Positions 18,392-27,138 of a DNA stretch of 64,000 nucleotides are shown one piece after another. The number at the start of each line of letters is the position of its first letter. The first letter of the stretch is position 1. The notes under the pieces are model-generated. The model saw only the letters and a program-made list of their open reading frames with translations, was not told the DNA's origin and ran no database searches. Source of the stretch: an uncultured Eubacteriaceae bacterium (lineage in GTDB: Bacteria; Bacillota; Clostridia; Eubacteriales; UBA1433); the NCBI GenBank assembly GCA_964581565.1, contig CAZOOZ010000001.1:131470-195469 (forward strand), given 5' to 3'. The position numbers and the translations under genes were made by a program.

Positions 18392-19789
18392 ATGGATAAT
18401 GATAACAGCAAAAAATATGAAGACGAAGAAAGCAGTATAAACAACGAAAATGATCAGTCAATAAATGACGAAGATGATCAATTAATAAATGTACACACAG
18501 ATATTGCGAATACTGATGAAAATAATGGGTCAGATATACAGCTTGTCGAACAAATACCTGAAGTTGAATATGATATCTCCGATGATGAAGAATATGATAC
18601 ATACGAGAAGAAAAGTGTCATTCAAAGAAGATGGTTCAAAGTTTTAATATCTGTTATCGTATTGCTGGGTATTGCAGGTGTTGTAGGTTTTGGTTATATT
18701 AATAAACTTGCAAGCAGTGGATCGGATTCGCTGGCAAGAGAAAATGATAAATTTTTAAATAAAGTTAATGTTTATAAGGGTTTAAATACTGCCGAGAATT
18801 TTGACAGCAATACAATTAATGTGTTGGTTTTTGGTATCGACAGAAGTGAGAGCCGGGAGGAAAGCGGTAAATTCGGGGATATTTACAGACCCGATACGAT
18901 CGTCTTAGCAAGTATAAATTTAGACACAGAAGAAGTGAATTTAATTTCTATTCCCAGAGATACGTATGTGCCTCTTTACGGAAACAGAGGAAAAACAAAG
19001 ATTAACTCATGTATGTATTACGGAGCTATTTACGGCGATAAAGACAGTGATTTCGAAAACGGCTTGGATTGCCTTGAGCAAACGGTAAGTGCTTTGTTTG
19101 GCGGGGTTCCCATTGATTTTTATGTGGGAATAGATATGGATACTGTTGTTGATGTTGTCAACAGCATGGGCGGGGTTGAATTCGATGTTCCGTATAATTT
19201 ATATAAAGATGGCGAGTTGAGGCTAAAAAAAGGGACTCAAGTCTTAAATGGAAAAAATTTTCTTTTCTTGGCTAGAGATAGATACAATGCAGGAAGCGAT
19301 ATCGAAAGAGTATCCATGCAGCAGAAATTATTAAAAGCATTGTTTGAACAATTCAAGGAATCCAATAAGTTGATGTCAATTCCCACGATCTATCAGTCAT
19401 TGAAAGAAGATATCTATACGAACTTTACTTTTGAGCAAGTTGTATCGTTGGCTGCCAATATAAAAGATTTGGAAGTTGATAATATAAATACACATACATT
19501 TCCAGGATTTTATGGCTCCAGAGATGGTATTTCTATGTGGATTATCAATCAATCTGCAAGAGTGTCTTTGATTAAAGAAGTTTTTGGTATTACCGCATCA
19601 CAATGGACGCAAGAGGAACTAAGAATAGATACACGCAAAAATACAACGACCACAGATTCAAGTGATGAAGAAGATGTAACGCCTGATGACGATGCATCAA
19701 CCGACGATACATCAACCGACGATGCTTCTACTCCTGATGACACATCGACAGAAGATACTCCTGCGGACGATTCTACAACAACGCCTTAG
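18392..19789 (+). CDS. LytR-CpsA-Psr (LCP) family glycopolymer ligase with acidic N- and C-terminal tails
   Basis: Single TM (VLISVIVLLGIAGVVGFGYI). LCP core (VLVFGIDRS ... RPDTIVLASIN ... ISIPRDTYV ... FLARDRY). Confidence 0.85.
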   Translation: MDNDNSKKYEDEESSINNENDQSINDEDDQLINVHTDIANTDENNGSDIQLVEQIPEVEYDISDDEEYDTYEKKSVIQRRWFKVLISVIVLLGIAGVVGFGYINKLASSGSDSLARENDKFLNKVNVYKGLNTAENFDSNTINVLVFGIDRSESREESGKFGDIYRPDTIVLASINLDTEEVNLISIPRDTYVPLYGNRGKTKINSCMYYGAIYGDKDSDFENGLDCLEQTVSALFGGVPIDFYVGIDMDTVVDVVNSMGGVEFDVPYNLYKDGELRLKKGTQVLNGKNFLFLARDRYNAGSDIERVSMQQKLLKALFEQFKESNKLMSIPTIYQSLKEDIYTNFTFEQVVSLAANIKDLEVDNINTHTFPGFYGSRDGISMWIINQSARVSLIKEVFGITASQWTQEELRIDTRKNTTTTDSSDEEDVTPDDDASTDDTSTDDASTPDDTSTEDTPADDSTTTP

Positions 19790-19798
19790 GCAGAAAAA

Positions 19799-19824
19799 TT
19801 AGCCTTTTACAGGCTGATTTTTTA
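19799..19824 (+). terminator. Weak rho-independent terminator after the LCP gene
   Basis: Stem TTAGCC / GGCTGA followed by TTTTTT. Confidence 0.45.
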
Positions 19825-19850
19825 TTGTGATTTTCCCATAAATAGACAAG

Positions 19851-19878
19851 TTGACAAATATTAAAAATATATTAAAAT
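19851..19878 (+). promoter_or_regulatory. Candidate sigma-A promoter of the phosphonate operon
   Basis: TTGACA (19851-19856), a 16-nt spacer, then TAAAAT (19873-19878). It lies ~80 nt upstream of the ATG at 19961. Confidence 0.45.
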
Positions 19879-19960
19879 ATTGTAAAATCAAATTATTATT
19901 GTAATAAGAAAAACTATGATATAATTAAAAGAAGTTGCATTTTTCTAAGGAGAAAAAAAT

Positions 19961-21274
19961 ATGCAAGATAAGAAAAAAGTATATATAGCTGTGTCCGCTG
20001 ATATTATTCATAGCGGACATATAAATGTAATCGAAGAAGGGGCAAAATACGGACGAGTCATTATAGGTCTTATGACAGATGAAGCGATCGCAGCCTATAA
20101 GAGACTTCCTTTGTTAGATTATGAGGCAAGAGAAAAAATATTTAAAAATATAAAAAATGTTTCAAAAGTAGTACCGCAAACAAGTCTGGATTACACAGAA
20201 AATTTATTAAAATTTAAACCTGATTATGTTCTTCATGGAGACGATTGGAAAAAAGGGATTCAATCGCTTGTAAGAGAAAATGTAATTACCATTCTTTCGC
20301 AGTGGGGCGGAGAATTGGTGGAAGTGCCCTATACAAAAGGAATTTCCGCTACAGACTTAGAGCAGCAATTCAGGCTGTTAAATAACACGCCTGATAACCG
20401 ACGTGCAAAACTTAAACGTTTACTTTCTTTAAAACCCTACATTAGTGCAATGGAAGCTTCCAACGGCTTGACAGGGCTTATCGTTGAAAATATCAGAGTT
20501 GAAAACCCCGTTACTGCGACAATGAAGGAATTTGATGCTATGTGGGTCAGCAGTTTATGTGACTCTACTTTTAAAGGAAAGCCCGACATTGAACTGGTAG
20601 ATTTAACAAGCAGAATAAACACAATCAATGAAATAATGGAAGTGACGACAAAGCCGATTATTTTAGACGGCGATACGGGCGGGAAAATCGAACATTTTGT
20701 GTATAACGTAAAAACACTTGAACGACTTGGTGTTTCCGCAATTATTATTGAAGATAAAACAGGGCTGAAGAAGAATTCGCTTTTTGGTACGGATGTTGAG
20801 CAGACAATGGACGACCCGCATTTATTCGCAAAAAAAATCCTGGCCGGAAAACAAGCGCAGGTTACAAGAGATTTTATGATTTTTGCGAGAATCGAAAGTT
20901 TGATTGCGGGCTATGGGGTTGATGAGGCATTATCGAGAGCGAAGATCTATATAGAAGCAGGTGCGGATGGCATTACAATTCACAGCAAAGAAAAAGACGG
21001 AAAAGAAGTCTTGGAATTTTTAGCAAAATTCAGAGAATATTCGACAGATATACCTATTATCGTTATCCCTACATCGTATAATTATATTAAAGAAGAAGAA
21101 TTGCATGCGGCTGGAGCGAATATTATTATTCATGCCAATCATTTACTTCGAAGTGCGTATCCTGCGATGGAAAAAACGGCAAAAATGATTTTGCAATGCG
21201 GACGAAGTAAAGAAGTAGACGAGTTTTGCATGCCTATAAATGAGATACTGACATTGATTCCAGGAGGCAAATAG
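19961..21274 (+). CDS. Bifunctional cytidylyltransferase (TagD-like, N-terminal) / phosphoenolpyruvate mutase (C-terminal)
   Basis: N-terminal HxGH (IIHSGH), GDDW and an RTxGISTT-like YTKGISAT motif. The C-terminal ICL/PEPM fold has SNGLTGLIVE, ILDGDTGG and IIIEDKTGLKKNS (the Ppm EDKxxxKxNS motif). The gene sits directly upstream of a Ppd gene. Confidence 0.85.
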   Translation: MQDKKKVYIAVSADIIHSGHINVIEEGAKYGRVIIGLMTDEAIAAYKRLPLLDYEAREKIFKNIKNVSKVVPQTSLDYTENLLKFKPDYVLHGDDWKKGIQSLVRENVITILSQWGGELVEVPYTKGISATDLEQQFRLLNNTPDNRRAKLKRLLSLKPYISAMEASNGLTGLIVENIRVENPVTATMKEFDAMWVSSLCDSTFKGKPDIELVDLTSRINTINEIMEVTTKPIILDGDTGGKIEHFVYNVKTLERLGVSAIIIEDKTGLKKNSLFGTDVEQTMDDPHLFAKKILAGKQAQVTRDFMIFARIESLIAGYGVDEALSRAKIYIEAGADGITIHSKEKDGKEVLEFLAKFREYSTDIPIIVIPTSYNYIKEEELHAAGANIIIHANHLLRSAYPAMEKTAKMILQCGRSKEVDEFCMPINEILTLIPGGK

Positions 21275-21276
21275 AA

Positions 21277-22386
21277 ATGATTGAAACAAAAGAATTTTAT
21301 GATTACCTGCAAACAAAACAGCTGGATATGTATATGGGAGTACCCGATTCGCTTCTGAAAAATATCTGTGCCTGCATAAAAGAAAATTGTTGTAATAAGA
21401 AAAATATTATTACAGCAAACGAGGGAAATGCCGTGGCCATGGCATGTGGATATCATATAGCTACAGGCAAATATGGTATTGTTTATATGCAGAACTCAGG
21501 ACAAGGAAATACTGTAAACCCTCTGCTATCTCTCGCGGATGAAGATGTTTATAAAATTCCGATGCTGCTCCTTATCGGATGGAGGGGAGAGCCGGGGACA
21601 AAAGATGAGCCGCAGCATAAAAAACAGGGGAAAGTGACCCTGTCTTTATTGAATGCGATGGGCATTGAGTATATTATTTTGGAAGATGATTATAAATGTC
21701 AGATAGATTATTGCTATGAATATATGAATAAATATAATAAACCGATAGCACTTATTATACGCAAAGGGCTGTTTTCGGACTATAAGGGATCCAAGAAATC
21801 AAGTCCGTACGTTTTGACACGAGAAGAAGCATTAAAGAGTATTTTAAAAATACTTGATGATGACGAGTTTATTGTGTCTACGACAGGGAAAACATCGCGA
21901 GAAATTTTTGAGTTGAGAGAAGCAAGTGGGCAAGGGCACTCCAATGATTTTCTCACCGTTGGTTCTATGGGGCATACGGCATCCATTGCTTTTGGCATGT
22001 CGCTTGGGACGGAGAAAAACATATATTGTATCGATGGCGACGGATCGTTTCTAATGCACGCAGGTGGTTTTGGAATCATTGCGCAAAATGCGCAGAGTAA
22101 TTTTAAATATATATTGATCAACAATGGTGCGCATGAATCTGTGGGAGGACAGCCGACAGTAGCTTTTGATGTCGATATCGAAATGATATTAAAAGGATTT
22201 GGGTTTAAAGATGTTTATACGGCGACTGACTGCAAAGAAATAGAAAATGCAATGGAAAGTCTTAAAGTCAGTCATAGAAGTGCATTGATAATCTATACAA
22301 AACAAGGTTCTAGAAGCGATTTAGGGCGTCCGACAACAACGCCTCAGGAAAATAAAATTGCGATGATGGAGAAATTGAGTAAATAG
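21277..22386 (+). CDS. Phosphonopyruvate decarboxylase (TPP-dependent)
   Basis: N-terminal GVPDSLLKN motif typical of Ppd, TPP-binding GDGSFLMH ... NNGAHES, ~370 aa. There is a 2-nt gap after the mutase gene. Confidence 0.85.
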   Translation: MIETKEFYDYLQTKQLDMYMGVPDSLLKNICACIKENCCNKKNIITANEGNAVAMACGYHIATGKYGIVYMQNSGQGNTVNPLLSLADEDVYKIPMLLLIGWRGEPGTKDEPQHKKQGKVTLSLLNAMGIEYIILEDDYKCQIDYCYEYMNKYNKPIALIIRKGLFSDYKGSKKSSPYVLTREEALKSILKILDDDEFIVSTTGKTSREIFELREASGQGHSNDFLTVGSMGHTASIAFGMSLGTEKNIYCIDGDGSFLMHAGGFGIIAQNAQSNFKYILINNGAHESVGGQPTVAFDVDIEMILKGFGFKDVYTATDCKEIENAMESLKVSHRSALIIYTKQGSRSDLGRPTTTPQENKIAMMEKLSK

Positions 22387-22388
22387 GA

Positions 22389-24227
22389 ATGAGAGCGGTT
22401 ATTTTGAATTCGGGATTGGGAAAAAGAATGGGCGAGCTGACGGAAAATAATCATAAAGCGATGGTGCAACTGTCAAACGGAGAAGCTGTTTTTTTAAGAC
22501 AGCTTCGTATTTTGATGGAATGCGGGATCAAAGAATTTGTCGTCACAACAGGGCCGTATAAAGAAAAGATAGAAGCTGCGGTGGCGCAGATGAATACAAA
22601 GAACCAAGTATCTTTTACTTTTGTGCATAATCCGTGCTATGATAAAACCAATTATATATATTCAATGTATTTGGCGAAGCAATTCTTGGATGATGATATA
22701 CTTCTCATGCACGGCGATCTGGTCTTTACGAAAAAACTTGTCGAGGAAATGTGTAAAGATAAGAGAGATAATATTGCTACCGTAAATAAAAAGAAAAGTT
22801 TGCCTGAAAAAGATTTTAAGGCGAAACTTGAAGAAAATAGAATCCAAAAGATAGGCATAGAGCTTTTTGATGAAGACTGCTATGCATTCCAGCCTTTTTA
22901 TAAGCTAAGCAAAGAATATGTCATGCGATGGCGAGAACAAATATGTAAATTTATAGAAAAAGGAATTGATCAGGTTTATGCGGAAAATGCATTGAATGAA
23001 ATCCTGCCTTCTTTAAACATGAATGCATTCGATTACGAAGATTATTATATAGATGAAATCGATACGCCTGAAGACCTAAAGAGGGTAAGCGAAGAAATCA
23101 GGCAATATGATTTTGATGCACAGCAGATATATGATGAAGAAAACGCATATTTGCAAATTGAGTCTATTCTTCAGAAAAATAACGTCAAAAAAGTTATGCT
23201 GGTTTGCGGCAAAAGTTACGACAGGCAGTTTATAAAAGAGTACATGGATTCTTTGAACGTGGAGATGATTCGTTTTAGCGGCTTTGCATCTAATCCTGTA
23301 TATGAAGATGTGGTGAAAGGTGCTGAATTATTCAAGGCCAATAAATGTGAATTTATAATCTCGGTTGGCGGGGGAAGCGCTATCGATACAGCGAAAAATA
23401 TTAAATTGTTTTCATGTCTTGACAGCACTGATAATTATTTGAAGCAAAAATATAAATTTTGCCCTGTGCAGCATTTAGCAATACCTACAACGGCAGGAAC
23501 GGGCAGTGAATGCACCAGATTTTCTGTTTTGTATTATAAAGGGCAAAAACAATCAGTCAGCCATGACAGCATCATCCCCGATTATGTTATTTTAGAACCC
23601 AGATTGCTGCTTGGGTTACCCGAATATCAAAAAAAATCCACAACGCTTGACGCACTTTGCCAAGCAGTTGAAGCTTTTTGGTCGGTAAATTCAAATAAGA
23701 TCAGCAAACAATATTCTAAAGAGAGTATACAGCTCATACTTAATAGTTTTGATAAAGCACTTTTAAATGATTTAAAAGCATTAAAAAATATGCAAAAAGC
23801 ATCTTTTTTAAGCGGGAAAGCAATTAATATAGCGCAAACAACAGCTGCACATGCGATGAGCTATAAATTATCGTCACTTTATAACATTTCTCATGGTCAT
23901 GCCGTAAGCTTAAGTCTGCCTTATATCTGGGAATATATGGTTCAGCATTTAGATCAATGTGCGGATAAAAGAGGCAGAGCATATTTAGAAAATGTATTCA
24001 TCGAGTTAAACGATATATTTGGGGTCAGTAATACTGATGAATGTATCAATAAATTTAGACAAATATGCAATGAATTTAATCTGCAAAATCCAAAATTAAA
24101 AAATAAAGATGAGTTAGAAGAGTTAATAAACTCTGTAAATCCGCTTCGCTTGAAAAATAATCCTGTCACATTGAATATAGATAGTATTGAAGATATTTAC
24201 AGACATATTTTAACTGAGAAAAAGTGA
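22389..24227 (+). CDS. Fusion of LicC-like nucleotidyltransferase (N-terminal) and iron-containing alcohol dehydrogenase (C-terminal; predicted phosphonoacetaldehyde reductase)
   Basis: N-terminal MRAVILNSGLGKRMGELTENNHKAMV plus YDKTNYIYSMYLAK and IDEIDTPEDL, which parallel pneumococcal LicC. The C-terminal domain has GGGSAIDTAKN and the His-rich AHAMSY...SHGHAV Fe-ADH motifs. Confidence 0.8.
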   Translation: MRAVILNSGLGKRMGELTENNHKAMVQLSNGEAVFLRQLRILMECGIKEFVVTTGPYKEKIEAAVAQMNTKNQVSFTFVHNPCYDKTNYIYSMYLAKQFLDDDILLMHGDLVFTKKLVEEMCKDKRDNIATVNKKKSLPEKDFKAKLEENRIQKIGIELFDEDCYAFQPFYKLSKEYVMRWREQICKFIEKGIDQVYAENALNEILPSLNMNAFDYEDYYIDEIDTPEDLKRVSEEIRQYDFDAQQIYDEENAYLQIESILQKNNVKKVMLVCGKSYDRQFIKEYMDSLNVEMIRFSGFASNPVYEDVVKGAELFKANKCEFIISVGGGSAIDTAKNIKLFSCLDSTDNYLKQKYKFCPVQHLAIPTTAGTGSECTRFSVLYYKGQKQSVSHDSIIPDYVILEPRLLLGLPEYQKKSTTLDALCQAVEAFWSVNSNKISKQYSKESIQLILNSFDKALLNDLKALKNMQKASFLSGKAINIAQTTAAHAMSYKLSSLYNISHGHAVSLSLPYIWEYMVQHLDQCADKRGRAYLENVFIELNDIFGVSNTDECINKFRQICNEFNLQNPKLKNKDELEELINSVNPLRLKNNPVTLNIDSIEDIYRHILTEKK

Positions 24228-25078
24228 GAAAGATGCACGATAATTTATATAGAAATAACATTGAACATACTCAAGTAAAGCAACTGCAAGCATACGAGCT
24301 GGAGATTCTGCTTGCAGTAGACGAATTCTGCAAGCAGAACAATATCAATTATTATTTGGGGGAAGGAACTCTACTCGGCGCAATCCGGCACAATGGCTTT
24401 ATTCCGTGGGATGATGATATAGATCTTTTGATGCCGAGAGAAGATTATGAAAAATTTATTAGTCTGGCTCAGATTGCATTTCCTGATGGTTATTATTTAG
24501 ACTGTATGGAAACAAATCCAAATTACTGGGTCATAGGAGCGAAAATTAAATTGACGAGACAAACAAAATTTGAACAGACAAAAGTAAAAAAACTATCAAA
24601 GTATGCCGGGCCGTATATAGACATTTTTCCTTTGGATTATGTTGCAAAAAGAAGTAGTTTCCCGCAGCTTTGGCAAGGATACAAAATAAAAGCTTTACGA
24701 AGAACATTATTTTTCAAAACCAGATATTCAATGAATTTTAAAAATAAATTTAATGTCTTATTATTTTTGTTCAGTAAAATCGTAACTATTAAATTTATTC
24801 ATAAGAGAATAAAAAAAATCATGACTAAATATAACGATAAAAAAGATAATGCATATATGCTGAGTTATGCAAGTTATTATCCGCCCGCCAATCAGACAGT
24901 GCATAAATCTGTATACGGCAAGGCAAGAATGCATGTTTTCGAAGGCTACGAATTCCCGATTCCGGCGAAAACAGAGTGTTTGCTTACGGCCATCTACGGT
25001 GATTATATGACCGTTCCCGATGAGGAAGACAGAATCATGAAGCATCACTTTTCCGTAAAACAAAATTTTTCATATTAG
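24224..25078 (+). CDS. LicD-family phosphotransferase
   Basis: LGEGTLLGAIRHNGFIPWDDDIDLLMPREDYEKF and YGDYMTVPDEE motifs. GTGA overlap with the upstream stop (alternative ATG at 24233). Confidence 0.85.
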   Translation: MRKMHDNLYRNNIEHTQVKQLQAYELEILLAVDEFCKQNNINYYLGEGTLLGAIRHNGFIPWDDDIDLLMPREDYEKFISLAQIAFPDGYYLDCMETNPNYWVIGAKIKLTRQTKFEQTKVKKLSKYAGPYIDIFPLDYVAKRSSFPQLWQGYKIKALRRTLFFKTRYSMNFKNKFNVLLFLFSKIVTIKFIHKRIKKIMTKYNDKKDNAYMLSYASYYPPANQTVHKSVYGKARMHVFEGYEFPIPAKTECLLTAIYGDYMTVPDEEDRIMKHHFSVKQNFSY

Positions 25079-25091
25079 CAAAGGAAGATGT

Positions 25092-26975
25092 ATGGAACAA
25101 GGTAGCATAAAAGTATCTGTTATTGTGCCGGTTTATAATGTGGAGCATTATCTGCCGCAATGTCTGGACAGCTTGGTAAACCAGACATTAAATGATGTGG
25201 AAATTCTTGTAATCAATGATGGCTCCCCCGATAATTCTCAAGTCATTATCGATGAATATGTAAGAAAATATCCAAATAAAATAAAAGCATTTATAAAAGA
25301 AAACGGTGGGCTCAGCGATGCACGCAACTATGGCATCAAAAAGGCGAAAGGGGAATATATCGGGTTTGTTGACTCGGATGATTATGCCGAAGTAAATATG
25401 TTCGAGGAGCTTTATATAAAAGCCGTCAGTGAGAACTTTGACGTTGTTGTTTGCTATATAAATGAGCTTAAAGAAGATAAAACAAAAATCATGCCTCTGC
25501 ACTATTTAAGAGCTTTTGGAGGCAGCGTTGAAGAAAACCCCGAGGTTTTATTTGCGTGTAAATCTTATGCATTTAACAAATTGTATAAAAGAAAACTCTT
25601 TATAGACAATGATCTATATTTTCCTGTGGGCCAGGTTTTTGAGGATTCGGCCACTGTCTATAATGTGCTTTTAATGGCAAATAAAATTGGGCTTGTCGAT
25701 AAAGCTTTATGCAATTACAGAACAGACAGAGTAAATTCCATCACGAACAGTGTTGATATGGGCATGTTTGATGTATTTAAATCCTGCGATAGTATTATTA
25801 ATTTTTATACATCAAAAGGTGTGTTTGATATCACATATGAAGTGCTGGAAAATATATGCAGAATGCATGTTTTTGCAAGAATCAATACACTTAAAAATTC
25901 AACGAACAGAAAATTTCAAAATCAATTTTTTGATAAAGCATATAAATATTTAGATAACCATTTTCCAAATTGGAGAAAAAATAGATATTATCAATATTCG
26001 TATAAAAATTTAATCAAAAAAAGAACGTACAAAAAGTTTACGAAAGCAAAAATGTATAAAACAAGATTAAAAATGTATTTTATAATCCCGATGAGTTTTC
26101 GGCGAAAACTGATGAAAATATTTTGGCGCAAGAAACCAAAGCTTGTTAAGGCAAAGTTTTCGCCGGAACAATTTAAACAATTACAGCTCATTGAATTAGA
26201 CATATTAAAGACTGTGGATGCTTTTTGCAAAGAAAACAATATCGCGTACTATTTGGCCGAAGGAACACTGCTTGGAGCAATCAGGCACAACGGATTCATA
26301 CCATGGGATGATGATGTGGATATTCTGATGCCGAGAGAAGATTATGATAGATTTATCAAATTATTCAATACACAAATAATTGATAACTGCATACTTTGCA
26401 GTCGTCATACTATAAAAGAGTATCATTTGCCGTTTTCAAAAATAGTCACACTTCAAGATACAGGCTTTATTAATAACGAAAGCTTTTCTTTAAAAGAGTA
26501 TAATGGGGTATATATTGATATTTTTCCTCTCGATAAAGCAATCGAATATGGAGAGGAACAGAATCAAAGAAGAAAAAAAATAAGAAAATACAGAGATATG
26601 CTTCTTTTTAAAACAGGCTATCCCATGAAAGCAACAAAAGAGAGGTTTGTCACAAAGATAAGATCTTGTTTTTATTCATATGAAATTTTACATAAAAGAA
26701 TAGAGCAGCTTTCAACTTACTATAATGATAAAGAAGATTGCGAGTATGTAGCTAACTATGCCAGCTCATACCAGCTGAAAAGACAAACATTTCCCATATG
26801 GGCATTTGAAGAAGTTGAATATGTTTCCTTTGAAACATATAAACTACCTGTTCCAAAAGGATATGATTTGGTTTTGAGTATCATTTATGGCGACTACTTA
26901 ACGTTCCCGCCTCTTGAAAAAAGAAAATCAAAACATAGCTTTATTTATATGAATGACGGGCAGATAAAGAGTTAA
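25092..26975 (+). CDS. GT2 glycosyltransferase (N-terminal) fused to LicD-family phosphotransferase (C-terminal)
   Basis: GT2: VSVIVPVYNVEHYL ... INDGSPDNS ... FVDSDD. LicD: LAEGTLLGAIRHNGFIPWDDDVDILMPREDYDRF ... YGDYLTFPP. Confidence 0.85.
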   Translation: MEQGSIKVSVIVPVYNVEHYLPQCLDSLVNQTLNDVEILVINDGSPDNSQVIIDEYVRKYPNKIKAFIKENGGLSDARNYGIKKAKGEYIGFVDSDDYAEVNMFEELYIKAVSENFDVVVCYINELKEDKTKIMPLHYLRAFGGSVEENPEVLFACKSYAFNKLYKRKLFIDNDLYFPVGQVFEDSATVYNVLLMANKIGLVDKALCNYRTDRVNSITNSVDMGMFDVFKSCDSIINFYTSKGVFDITYEVLENICRMHVFARINTLKNSTNRKFQNQFFDKAYKYLDNHFPNWRKNRYYQYSYKNLIKKRTYKKFTKAKMYKTRLKMYFIIPMSFRRKLMKIFWRKKPKLVKAKFSPEQFKQLQLIELDILKTVDAFCKENNIAYYLAEGTLLGAIRHNGFIPWDDDVDILMPREDYDRFIKLFNTQIIDNCILCSRHTIKEYHLPFSKIVTLQDTGFINNESFSLKEYNGVYIDIFPLDKAIEYGEEQNQRRKKIRKYRDMLLFKTGYPMKATKERFVTKIRSCFYSYEILHKRIEQLSTYYNDKEDCEYVANYASSYQLKRQTFPIWAFEEVEYVSFETYKLPVPKGYDLVLSIIYGDYLTFPPLEKRKSKHSFIYMNDGQIKS

Positions 26976-27138
26976 GAAATTTATAAGTTGTATAAACGGC
27001 TTCGTTTCTGTATAATAGAGGCGATATATTTAGTAGATTAAATGAAAAATAAATATAATAAAACATAAAAACAATCTATACGTTTATAATAATAATGCGC
27101 TAGATGCATGACAAAAATGATGCAAAGTATCATTACAG

